Origin: Clostridia bacterium
Lineage (GTDB): Bacteria > Bacillota > Clostridia > Monoglobales > Monoglobaceae
Direction: 5' to 3'
Length of the DNA stretch: 64,000 bases
NCBI GenBank assembly: GCA_017546205.1
Contig: JAFYXJ010000018.1
Span: forward strand, 1,704-65,703
Shown here: positions 1 to 8,754 of the stretch, piece after piece
How positions within the stretch are numbered: position 1 is the first letter of the stretch
How the letters are laid out: each line of letters begins with the position of its first letter
The notes under the pieces: model-generated
The model's input: the letters and a program-made list of their open reading frames with translations, nothing else
Database searches by the model: none
What the model was told of the DNA's origin: nothing
Made by a program: the position numbers and the translations under genes

Positions 1-567
1 AAAGTTGGTAGCCAACTTTTCTGCACCGAAAGATGCTTTACCAATAGGACAATGGATAATGTTGTTCTTATCCAGACGGTACTCAATCTTACCGGATTTA
101 ATTTCCTCAATTGCTTTTGCAACGTCAGGAGTAACGGTACCAGCCTTGGGGTTCGGCATCAAGCCTTTCGGACCAAGGATTCTACCGATACGACCAACAA
201 CACCCATCATATCGGGAGTTGCAACAACAACATCAAAATCAAACCAGTTCTCAGACTGAATCTTCTGTGCCAATTCCTCAGCACCTACATAATCTGCACC
301 GGCAGCCTTTGCTTCGTCTGCTTTGCCTTCTCTTGCAAATACCAGAACACGAACAGTTTTACCGGTACCATTGGGCAGTACAACCGCACCACGAACCTGC
401 TGGTCAGCGTGACGAGAGTCAACACCAAGCTTAACATGCAATTCTACGGTTTCATCAAACTTTGCCGTAGCAGTTTTGCAAGCCAGATCCAGCGCTTCTG
501 CGGGGTCGTAGAACTTACCCTTTTCAATCAGCTTAACGCTATCTTGATACTTTTTACCTTTCTTCAA
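1..567 (-). CDS. rplA: 50S ribosomal protein L1 (3' end runs off the window)
   Basis: Manual translation from a TTG start after GGAGG: [16 protein letters not shown]...[36 protein letters not shown]; directly downstream of rplK. Confidence 0.97.
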   Translation of the reverse strand, partial: MKKGKKYQDSVKLIEKGKFYDPAEALDLACKTATAKFDETVELHVKLGVDSRHADQQVRGAVVLPNGTGKTVRVLVFAREGKADEAKAAGADYVGAEELAQKIQSENWFDFDVVVATPDMMGVVGRIGRILGPKGLMPNPKAGTVTPDVAKAIEEIKSGKIEYRLDKNNIIHCPIGKASFGAEKLATNF

Positions 568-584
568 TGTTAAATCCTCCTATG

Positions 585-620
585 GTGGTTTCACAGAACA
601 CAACATGGTGTTCCTCCCAC
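585..620 (-). promoter_or_regulatory. L1-binding mRNA leader (rplK-rplA intergenic)
   Basis: Minus strand GTGGGAGG-hairpin-AAACCAC just before the rplA SD; resembles the L1 rRNA-mimic site. Confidence 0.7.
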
Positions 621-631
621 TATTTTCAATA

Positions 632-1057
632 CTACTCTTCGACCGTAATGCCCATAGAGCGTGCAGTACCTGCAATCATAGACATAGCTGCCTCGAGAGA
701 ACCTGCGTTCAGGTCGGGCATTTTCTGTTCTGCGATTGCCTGAAGATCAGCTTTCTTCAGTTCTGCAACCTTGGTCTTGTTGGGGACGCCGGAACCGCTC
801 TCAATTTTACAAGCTTTCTTGATCAAAACAGGAGCCGGGGGAGTCTTGGTGATGAAGCTGAAAGATCTGTCCTGATATACGGTGATAACAACCGGAATAA
901 TCAGACCTGCATCTTTCTGTGTTCTTTCATTGAACTGCTTGGTGAAATCCATAATATTTACACCGTGCTGACCGAGAGCAGGACCAACCGGGGGTGCCGG
1001 AGTAGCCTTACCTGCGGGAATCTGCAGTTTAATGTAACCAGTGATTTTCTGTGCCAT
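632..1057 (-). CDS. rplK: 50S ribosomal protein L11
   Basis: [38 protein letters not shown]; SD AAGGAGG before ATG 1057. Confidence 0.98.
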   Translation of the reverse strand: MAQKITGYIKLQIPAGKATPAPPVGPALGQHGVNIMDFTKQFNERTQKDAGLIIPVVITVYQDRSFSFITKTPPAPVLIKKACKIESGSGVPNKTKVAELKKADLQAIAEQKMPDLNAGSLEAAMSMIAGTARSMGITVEE

Positions 1058-1085
1058 TTTGAATACACCTCCTTGTTTCACAAAC

Positions 1086-1131
1086 GTGGTATTATCGGGA
1101 TTCCTGTCCTTTGGACAGCCTTCCCTCCCAC
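1086..1131 (-). promoter_or_regulatory. L1-binding mRNA leader upstream of rplK
   Basis: Minus strand GTGGGAGGG...CTGTCC-AAA-GGACAG...AATACCAC. Confidence 0.7.
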
Positions 1132-1188
1132 AGACCGGTACATAGACCGGAATATAAAAACGGAATCATCCGTGTGGGTAACAAACTC

Positions 1189-1707
1189 TTATACCAAAGC
1201 TTCAATCTGGTTAAATTCCAATTCCACATCGGTATCTCGTCCGAACATGGAAACCTTGGTACGAACTTTTTTCTTGTCCAGCATAATCTCTTCGATTGCA
1301 CCGACAAAACCTTCCAGCGGACCATACTTAACCCGGATACTATCGCCAACAGCGAAGTCCAGTTGTACAGTGACGCGCTCCAATCCCATATTGGCAACTT
1401 CCGCCTCAGAAAGAGGAACCGGGCTGGAACCGGGACCGACAAAGCCGGTCACGCCTCTGGTGTTGCGGACAACATACCAACTTTCATCGGTCATAACCAT
1501 TTTAACCATGACATAACCGGGGTAAATCTTCCGCTCTACCACTTTTTTCTGGTTGTCCTTAATCTCAACAACCTCTTCCATGGGAACACGGATTTCCTGG
1601 ATAATATCCTGCATATTCCGATTTTCCACGGTTTTCTGAATATCGGTCATCACCTTATTCTCATAACCGGAATAGGTGTGCGCGACATACCATTTTGCGT
1701 TTGCCAT
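1189..1707 (-). CDS. nusG: Transcription termination/antitermination factor NusG
   Basis: WYVAHTYSGYENKV, YPGYV, VRNTRGVTGFVG, C-terminal KOW domain. Confidence 0.98.
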   Translation of the reverse strand: MANAKWYVAHTYSGYENKVMTDIQKTVENRNMQDIIQEIRVPMEEVVEIKDNQKKVVERKIYPGYVMVKMVMTDESWYVVRNTRGVTGFVGPGSSPVPLSEAEVANMGLERVTVQLDFAVGDSIRVKYGPLEGFVGAIEEIMLDKKKVRTKVSMFGRDTDVELEFNQIEALV

Positions 1708-1738
1708 TATACAGGGGAACGAATCCCTTCCCTCCTAA

Positions 1739-1948
1739 TTATCGATTGATAAAGAATGCCATGCCCCATCCGAAGAGCATATCCAAAGCCCAGATAACCA
1801 GGCCAACAATCAGAACATAAAGAATAACAATCAAAGTGTTCTGACGGACTTTCTTTAAGCTCGGCCAAACTACTTTCTTCAATTCAGATTTAACTTCTTT
1901 GAAGTAGTTTGCAATTCTGGCAAAAAAATTCGGCTTACTGCGTTCCAT
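1739..1948 (-). CDS. secE: Preprotein translocase subunit SecE
   Basis: EVKSELKKVVWPS plus one TM helix; lies between rpmG and nusG. Confidence 0.96.
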   Translation of the reverse strand: MERSKPNFFARIANYFKEVKSELKKVVWPSLKKVRQNTLIVILYVLIVGLVIWALDMLFGWGMAFFINR

Positions 1949-1975
1949 AATTTAACACTCCTTACGCACAAAACC

Positions 1976-2125
1976 TTATTTGGTTTCCTTGTGCAATGTA
2001 TGCTTTCTGCAGAATCTGCAGTACTTATTCATCTCAAGTCTGTCAGGACAATTCTGCTTATTTTTGGTGGTGTCGTAGTTTCTCTGCTTGCATTCGGTGC
2101 ATGCCAGTGTAATTTTTGTTTGCAT
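1976..2125 (-). CDS. rpmG: 50S ribosomal protein L33 (Zn-binding C+ form); not in the ORF track
   Basis: Manual translation [49 protein letters not shown]; two CxxC motifs. Confidence 0.97.
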   Translation of the reverse strand: MQTKITLACTECKQRNYDTTKNKQNCPDRLEMNKYCRFCRKHTLHKETK

Positions 2126-2363
2126 TCTTTTCACCTCGTTCTTCCAATTTCAAAACCTGTTTTTGGCGAAAACGCCGTAAAAACGTTGGTTCTTTTATTC
2201 ACACAAATAAAACCCCTTGACAGAGGTATAAATACTTTAACACATTTGTAATAGTTTGTCAATCTTTTTTTGAAAAAAATTGAAAAATTTTCTCGACTCC
2301 CAAAAAAGTCGGAATCAACCCCTATCCACTCTCTATATATATGGAAAGAAAGGGGGTATTTTT

Positions 2364-3362
2364 ATGAAACAAGGTCTGCATCTCGCAGCAGTTTATATCG
2401 GGCTGGTGATCGGTGCCGGTTTTGCATCCGGCAGAGAAATTATGGAATACTTTAATATCCCCAACCTGCACCACAACCGCGGTGTGGTCATCGCTACCCT
2501 TTTGCTGACACTTGTCTGTTACCGCATTCTGCGTCGGGCATATCAATATCGGTTATTTACCTGCAAAGAATATCTTACTTCTCTGTGCGGGCCCTTAGCG
2601 CCATGGGTAAATCGTTTTCTTCTCTGCTACTTATTCTGCGGTTTTTTCACCATGCTTGCAGGATGTGGTGCCTTATTGAATCAAAGCCTAATGTTGCCCT
2701 CCTGGTTGGGAAGTTTCCTATTGCTGATTCTCTGTTTTGCGGTTCTGGTCTTTGACCTGAAAGGCATCATTGCCTTAAATCTATTGCTTGTCCCTTGCAT
2801 GATTGGAGGCATTTTGTTTCTTTGTTTTGCCGGAATCCTGACCGCTGAACCGGTCTTTGCATCCGGAAGCATCGTTAAAGGAACGCTGCTTTCTGCTATT
2901 TGCTATGTCAGTTATAATACTGTCTCTGCGCCAACCGTACTGGTCCCCCTTGCCAAGGATACCACCCCCAAAAGCATTCGAATTGCAGCATGGACAGGAG
3001 GCCTGGTACTGGGTAGTTTGATTTTCCTGATATGGACTTGCCAGAGTCTTTACTTCCCGATTCTGGAAAATAGCGAAATCCCGCTCCTTCATCTTGCAGC
3101 ACTGATAGGACGGTCGGAAAAACTCCTTTATACCGCCGTTCTGTTTATGGCAATCACCACCACTGCTGTTTCCGAGGGGTTTGGCATTCTGTCACAGATA
3201 CCTTTTTCCTCCCGAAAGGAACGAGTCATTGGGGTGCTTTTATTCTGTCTTGCAGCATACCCTTTTTCCCTGATTGGATTTTCTTCCTTAATAAAATACA
3301 TCTATGGGTTATTTGGCATACTGGGCATCTTTTTGATGGGCTGGTTTATTCTTGACCGATAA
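2364..3362 (+). CDS. YkvI-family membrane protein
   Basis: YIGLVIGAGFASGREIMEYF motif; about 10 TM segments; SD AAGGGGG. Confidence 0.85.
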   Translation: MKQGLHLAAVYIGLVIGAGFASGREIMEYFNIPNLHHNRGVVIATLLLTLVCYRILRRAYQYRLFTCKEYLTSLCGPLAPWVNRFLLCYLFCGFFTMLAGCGALLNQSLMLPSWLGSFLLLILCFAVLVFDLKGIIALNLLLVPCMIGGILFLCFAGILTAEPVFASGSIVKGTLLSAICYVSYNTVSAPTVLVPLAKDTTPKSIRIAAWTGGLVLGSLIFLIWTCQSLYFPILENSEIPLLHLAALIGRSEKLLYTAVLFMAITTTAVSEGFGILSQIPFSSRKERVIGVLLFCLAAYPFSLIGFSSLIKYIYGLFGILGIFLMGWFILDR

Positions 3363-3558
3363 GCCGAAAACGCGGAACCTTGCCATCCGGCGTTTCCACC
3401 TCTTCGCTCCACATAGAAAGGGGACGCACCCACACTTCTCCCTCTCCGTAGAGGGCGCGGTAAACCACCATCTTTTCCAGCGTTTCGGAGTGATTGGCAA
3501 TCTCCAAAACCTCGTAGCGGTTTCCTTTGTAATGCTGATAGACACCTTTTTGTATCAT
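3346..3558 (-). CDS. DUF1653 family protein
   Basis: GVYQHYKGNRYEVLEIANHSETLEKMVVYRALYGEGEVWVRP. Confidence 0.9.
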   Translation of the reverse strand: MIQKGVYQHYKGNRYEVLEIANHSETLEKMVVYRALYGEGEVWVRPLSMWSEEVETPDGKVPRFRLIGQE

Positions 3559-3562
3559 TTTG

Positions 3563-4519
3563 TCACCTCTTTTTTCTGTAATGTTTCGGGGTAACCCCAT
3601 ATCGTTGTTGAAACAGCCGATGAAAATATGCGATGTTGCTGTACCCCACTTCACCGGCAATTTCCAGCACCGATTTGGCGGTAGCGGTCAGCAAATACGC
3701 CGCCTGACTCAATCGTTTGTTCTGCACCAGTTCCGTATAGGTCATGCCGGTTTGTTTTTTGATTTCCCGGGATAGCCAACTCAAATCATAATGGAGAGAC
3801 TCCGCAAGATGCCGAAAGGTTCCGTCCCGGTAATTTTTCTCTATATAACTCAGCACCGGAAGCATCAGTTTCTTTTCTGCCTGCATGTCCGTTTCCAGTC
3901 TGTCGGCACACTGTATCAGTTGTAAAAACAGCATCCCCATGGTTGCCTGATTGATACTGGTAATATTCTGCTGTTCGTTCCGCAAAGACCAAATCAGGTT
4001 TTCTACCAGATTCTGTACCGGAAGCATATCCGCCACCCTAAAATGGAGATATCCCGGGGCAGAACTTCCCCTTCTGAGACATCCTACAATAAAATCCCGA
4101 AGCGGATTTTCTTCTGTTTCGATCATACTGAGTCCGTATTCCAGAAATTCAGGCAGAATAAAAAAGTTTACCGCTACATCGTCACTCCCTGCCGGATAAA
4201 TTTCCTGCGTTGCACATTGATTCAGGAATAAAAGTTCTCCTTCCTGCAACAGCACATCCTTGCCATTGATGACATGATGGGTACTGCCCGTACACATATA
4301 AATCACTTCTATAAAATTGTGGGTATGCTTCTGAAAATGCACAAATCTTGTATGGGTCCGCATCCCGAAAATCCGTTCATCGCCCATCAGTTTCCCATAG
4401 TCAAAAACATCGGTATCATCCGATACATAAATGGTACGATCCACAACGTGATTTCCTTGAAGAATCGCTTCTTCTTCCGGCGTCACGGTTTTCAGTTCTT
4501 CCAGAAGTTCCGTTCTCAT
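3563..4519 (-). CDS. AraC-family transcriptional regulator with cupin sensor domain
   Basis: Cupin HTHNFIEVIY; C-terminal IAGEVGYSNIAYFHRLFQQRYGVTPKHYR; start overlaps the dus stop. Confidence 0.92.
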   Translation of the reverse strand: MRTELLEELKTVTPEEEAILQGNHVVDRTIYVSDDTDVFDYGKLMGDERIFGMRTHTRFVHFQKHTHNFIEVIYMCTGSTHHVINGKDVLLQEGELLFLNQCATQEIYPAGSDDVAVNFFILPEFLEYGLSMIETEENPLRDFIVGCLRRGSSAPGYLHFRVADMLPVQNLVENLIWSLRNEQQNITSINQATMGMLFLQLIQCADRLETDMQAEKKLMLPVLSYIEKNYRDGTFRHLAESLHYDLSWLSREIKKQTGMTYTELVQNKRLSQAAYLLTATAKSVLEIAGEVGYSNIAYFHRLFQQRYGVTPKHYRKKR

Positions 4520-5454
4520 ACCCCCGCTCCTTTCTTCAGCATCGGCAAACACTGCACAGCACCGTTCAAATCCCCAAGGCGATTTGCTTTTTTGACCGCT
4601 TTCAGAATTTTGGTTTCTTCGGGAAAGTTGTCCATAGCATAAAGCCACAGTTCTTTCATTCGGTGCAAGGTATATACTTCTGACTCCAACACCGCCAGAT
4701 ACCGCTCCTCCAGCACCTTGAAAAAAGCAAGCAATTCCTCAGTTTTCAGCGGTTCTCCGCCCCGGATTTCACGGAATATGGCAGGGTTTTTCACAGCGCC
4801 TCTGCCAATCATAATGCTATGTAACCGGGGATACCGCTCCCTTATTTCCCGATATTCCTGCACAGTGGTAATGTTTCCGTTGTAACACAGATTCAGTTCT
4901 GTCCCCTGATAGGCTTTTTCAAAAGTTTGCAAATTGGGGATACCTTTATAGTATTCCTCCCGCACTCTGGGATGTATCATCAGTTCCTTAATGGGATATT
5001 GATTAAAAATCCGCAAAAGTTCATCAAATTCCTCATGGGACCAGAATCCCGCTCTGGTTTTCACCGAAATAGGAAGCGTCGTTTCCGCAAAGATATCATG
5101 CAGAAAACTGTCCAAAAATTCAACATCTTTCAGGGCACCTGCCCCCCGTTTCTTTTTCACCACTGTTCCCGACGGACAACCCAGATTCAGGTTGACCTCA
5201 GAAAATCCCAGCGCTTCTATCTTTTTGGAAAATTCCAGAAATGCCCCTGCATGGCCGGACAAAACTTGCGGAATCACCACTGCAATATTCTTCTCCGGAA
5301 GAATATCCCGCAATGTTTTCCGGCTGATGCGTTCATGTTCCGTAGGCACAAGAAAAGGGGCAAAATAGACATCGCACATACCGAACATTTCCTTGTGGGC
5401 ATTTCTGTATATATAACCGGTAATCCCCTCCATAGGGGCAAAGTAAAGATTCAT
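4516..5454 (-). CDS. tRNA-dihydrouridine synthase family protein
   Basis: FAPMEG, NLNLGCPS, SVKTRAG, IHPR, YNGNI, MIGRG motifs. Confidence 0.92.
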   Translation of the reverse strand: MNLYFAPMEGITGYIYRNAHKEMFGMCDVYFAPFLVPTEHERISRKTLRDILPEKNIAVVIPQVLSGHAGAFLEFSKKIEALGFSEVNLNLGCPSGTVVKKKRGAGALKDVEFLDSFLHDIFAETTLPISVKTRAGFWSHEEFDELLRIFNQYPIKELMIHPRVREEYYKGIPNLQTFEKAYQGTELNLCYNGNITTVQEYREIRERYPRLHSIMIGRGAVKNPAIFREIRGGEPLKTEELLAFFKVLEERYLAVLESEVYTLHRMKELWLYAMDNFPEETKILKAVKKANRLGDLNGAVQCLPMLKKGAGV

Positions 5455-5538
5455 ACCTACTCCTTTTTATTGGCTGTCTTCTGTTTGGAAGATTATATCA
5501 CACAGTTTCCTTTTTGTACACCGTTTCCTGAAATATTT

Positions 5539-5880
5539 TTAACACTGGCGTTCTCTCAGACAACGGAGAAACGCCACATACTCCTCCGGATGCATGACAT
5601 GAATACAAGGATATTTTAGGGAAAGGTGTGCGAGAATTTCTGATGTATGATCCTCTGACCCAAAGTCCAGTACAATAATTTCCTCCGGACAATCTCCCCA
5701 TGTCATGGTACGTACCATTCCCTCAATCCATTGTTCTCCGTCCCGTACACCCAATACTGTATGCCGGCATACCGGTGTTGCCCCGTCCCGAATCCGAAAA
5801 GCAACCATCCAATGACACATCAACTGTACTGCACCGTATGCCGCGAGAAAGGAAAGCAGAACCATCATCGCATACATCAT
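5539..5880 (-). CDS. Small membrane-anchored protein with a partial GT2-like (GT-A N-terminal) segment
   Basis: SD AGGAGG; N-terminal TM helix; VRDGEQWIE...EIIVLDFGSEDHTSEIL resembles the GT2 N-terminus. Confidence 0.6.
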   Translation of the reverse strand: MMYAMMVLLSFLAAYGAVQLMCHWMVAFRIRDGATPVCRHTVLGVRDGEQWIEGMVRTMTWGDCPEEIIVLDFGSEDHTSEILAHLSLKYPCIHVMHPEEYVAFLRCLRERQC

Positions 5881-5936
5881 AAAAAAACAACCTCCTGCAA
5901 TAAGATAGTATATGTTATGCAAGAGGATGCTTTTTG

Positions 5937-7118
5937 TTAAATTCTGAAATATTCAAACAGACTGCTAAAGTCAATGCCACCTATTTTTGCATTGCGATAC
6001 TGAAGATACAGCGCACGGTTTCCCTCCTGCAATGTATGGGTGGTCACCCCGCAGGTATGGGACATATAAGTCTCAATGCACGCCGCAAGGTGGTCGCAGG
6101 CACGGATCACTCTGCCGTCTACCGGCTGATAGCAGTCCTGATTGTACTGGCGGTTAATCTCTCCATCTTTCACCTGAACAACTTTGCCATCAAGTATAAT
6201 TTTGTCCGCAAACTCATCATCGGTATAATAGGCGATTTCCTTTGTCCATTCTTCGGGAATCAACGGATAAAGCACCTGCTCCATCTGTTCCTGCTCAATA
6301 CTTTTAATCAGTGCATCCAGTCCCTCGACCGAATTCTTTACCGGAGACACAATATCTCGGGTTAAAACTTCGGGGATATCATGGAACAGCCCGCCTAAGA
6401 AATTATTCACCGTTCTCTGCCGGCAGGCACCCATTTCTAAGGAACAGAAATAGGAGAGCACAGCCACAATCAGCATGTGTCCAATCACCGAAGTTGCCGG
6501 AATTCTGGGAGACCGGGACCACCGCTGCTGAAAACGGAGTTCACCCAAAAGATTGATGAATCCGCGGTAGTTGTTATCTTTCATCAACATGGAAAAACAG
6601 GGCTGTTTTTCTAAAGTCCCCAGTTTTTCATCCAGTTCTCTTCGGGTATGCTCAATGCCATAGTAGGTTTTACACATATCATAGATGATGTCAAATTCCC
6701 ATTTGGTAGCAAGGTAGTGTGCCGCCTCCAGAATTTGTTTTTCATTTTTGGCATATTCTTTCTCGGTAAAGTACCGTTCGAACCGTTCCAGAAAACCATT
6801 AGGGATGGAAGCAAGGTCATTGCGTAGTTCTTCAATAACCCAACGGTTCAGTTCCTCTCCTTTTTCCTTCATCAGCCGATGAAATATCGGCGGCTTGATA
6901 TCAGTTAGCACCAGCCGGTGCAAAAATTCAAAAATACCGCCCTCTATCAAAAGCAGCCAGTCGATATCAGGATTCAGTTTCCCCAACGTATATGCGCAAA
7001 GCAGTTTGTGAGACTGCTTATCCAGTTCCGTAAACCCTCGGGATGGCCGAATATGGTCATTCCACCGCTCGATGGATGCCGCTTCAAAAATTGTTTCTAT
7101 CAATGATTTTCTGATCAT
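5937..7118 (-). CDS. Tandem HD-domain protein (YfbR/5'-deoxynucleotidase-like fold)
   Basis: Two repeats starting RW...H; the second has SVIGH, GGLFHDIPEVLTRDI and ACD motifs. Confidence 0.8.
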   Translation of the reverse strand: MIRKSLIETIFEAASIERWNDHIRPSRGFTELDKQSHKLLCAYTLGKLNPDIDWLLLIEGGIFEFLHRLVLTDIKPPIFHRLMKEKGEELNRWVIEELRNDLASIPNGFLERFERYFTEKEYAKNEKQILEAAHYLATKWEFDIIYDMCKTYYGIEHTRRELDEKLGTLEKQPCFSMLMKDNNYRGFINLLGELRFQQRWSRSPRIPATSVIGHMLIVAVLSYFCSLEMGACRQRTVNNFLGGLFHDIPEVLTRDIVSPVKNSVEGLDALIKSIEQEQMEQVLYPLIPEEWTKEIAYYTDDEFADKIILDGKVVQVKDGEINRQYNQDCYQPVDGRVIRACDHLAACIETYMSHTCGVTTHTLQEGNRALYLQYRNAKIGGIDFSSLFEYFRI

Positions 7119-7397
7119 ACCATTGCTCCTTTCTGACGCAGTTTCAGTATAACACAAAATTTTTCCTTTGACCAGTCTTTTTGTAACAAAATTGTAAGTT
7201 CCCACTTTTGTGGTTTTTTGTTGTAAAAATCCACAATCTGTTGTGTTTTTTCCTTTCAGTTTTATCCGTTCTCTCCAAATTGTGTGTTTGACGGCTTGTG
7301 TTTATAATTTATTAATACTTTATTTATATTTTTTTAATATATCAGAGATATAAGTATAGTTGAATATCAGGAACGATTTCATGACAAGGAGAATCCT

Positions 7398-8657
7398 ATG
7401 AAAACGATTATTTATTTGAACTGGATTATATCCATTGTTTTTACATTATGCTACGCTTATCAGTTTTTCTACATATTTGTAGGATTGCTGAAAAAACCGC
7501 AACGCTATGTAGCGCACCGCAACCATAAATTTGCGGTGGTTATTTCTGCCCGAAATGAAGAGGCGGTAGTGGGACAATTGGTAGACAGCATCAAAGACCA
7601 GAATTACCCATCTGAGCTGGTGGATGTTTTTGTGATTGCCGACAACTGTACCGACGACACGGCAGAGGTTGCAAGAAATGCCGGTGCTCTGGTTTATGAG
7701 CGGTTTAACACCGAACAGGTAGGCAAAGGCTATGCTCTTGACTGGATGTTTAAGATTATTGAGACAGAACACGCCGACAAAGAATATGAGGCGTTCATGA
7801 TTTTTGATGCGGACAATCTTCTTGATCAGAATTACATCATGGAAATGAACAAGGTGTTTGATCAGGGATACCGCATCATTACCAGTTACCGAAATTCCAA
7901 AAATTTTGGAAGCAACTGGATTTCCGGAGGATACTCTCTGTGGTTCCTTCGTGAGGCAAAGTTTTTGAACAATTCTCGTATGCAGTTACACACCAGTTGT
8001 GCCATCTCCGGTACCGGATTTCTGGTTAGTGCAGATGTCATCCGCAACAACGGCGGTTGGATTCATCATCTGCTTACCGAGGATATTGAGTTTACGGTTG
8101 ACAGCGTTATCCATGGTGAGATTATCGGCTACTGCGGGGATGCAATTCTCTATGATGAACAGCCTACCAAATTCAGTCAGTCCTATACCCAACGGCTTCG
8201 TTGGGCAAAAGGATTTTATCAGGTGTTCGCCCATTACGGCGGAAAGTTGTTCCGGGGCATCTTTGGGGGAAGTTTCTCCTGTTTCGACATGCTGATGACC
8301 ATTATGCCGGCAATGCTTTTGACTCTTATGAGTATCATTATCAACCTGATTGCCATTCCTCTTGGCTTTTTGACCCGCTCTCCTGAGACAGTAGATTTGC
8401 TCTGGACTCTGCTCCAGACGGTGGCAAACTTCTACGGATTGTTCCTGATTCTGGGCACCATTACCACCATTACCGAATGGGACCAAATCCATTGCAGCAC
8501 AGGAAAGAAAATAGGGAATTTGTTTACCTTTCCATTCTTTATGCTTTCCTACATTCCCATTGCTGTCATCGCACTTTTCAAAAAGGTAGAATGGAAGCCC
8601 ATCAACCATTCCGTCTCCAAAACGCTGGATGAAGTACGGGGAAAAATCGAAGCGTAA
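7398..8657 (+). CDS. Processive-type family 2 glycosyltransferase (membrane)
   Basis: ARNEE, DNCTDDT, FDAD, LTED and QRLRW motifs; flanking TM helices. Confidence 0.92.
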   Translation: MKTIIYLNWIISIVFTLCYAYQFFYIFVGLLKKPQRYVAHRNHKFAVVISARNEEAVVGQLVDSIKDQNYPSELVDVFVIADNCTDDTAEVARNAGALVYERFNTEQVGKGYALDWMFKIIETEHADKEYEAFMIFDADNLLDQNYIMEMNKVFDQGYRIITSYRNSKNFGSNWISGGYSLWFLREAKFLNNSRMQLHTSCAISGTGFLVSADVIRNNGGWIHHLLTEDIEFTVDSVIHGEIIGYCGDAILYDEQPTKFSQSYTQRLRWAKGFYQVFAHYGGKLFRGIFGGSFSCFDMLMTIMPAMLLTLMSIIINLIAIPLGFLTRSPETVDLLWTLLQTVANFYGLFLILGTITTITEWDQIHCSTGKKIGNLFTFPFFMLSYIPIAVIALFKKVEWKPINHSVSKTLDEVRGKIEA

Positions 8658-8754
8658 ATAAAATCCATGTAGGATTCCCTGCATGGATTTTTCAATAAAC
8701 CGGTTGTTTTTTCAGACAAACTGTAATATACTATGTTCTAAGAAGGTGAAGAAA

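Noticed and set aside
52-1749. Long plus-strand ORFs (52-573, 605-1516, 1111-1749)
   Set aside because: They are antisense shadows of rplA, rplK and nusG, with no SD or recognisable motifs.
1949-1975. Possible tRNA-Trp between rpmG and secE
   Set aside because: The gap is only 27 bp; I found no cloverleaf or TTC-loop here or in other intergenic regions.
7119-7397. AT-rich divergent intergenic region with an imperfect inverted repeat (TTGTGG...CCACAA)
   Set aside because: It is consistent with ordinary divergent promoters; there is no second copy or stable structure to support a specific call.
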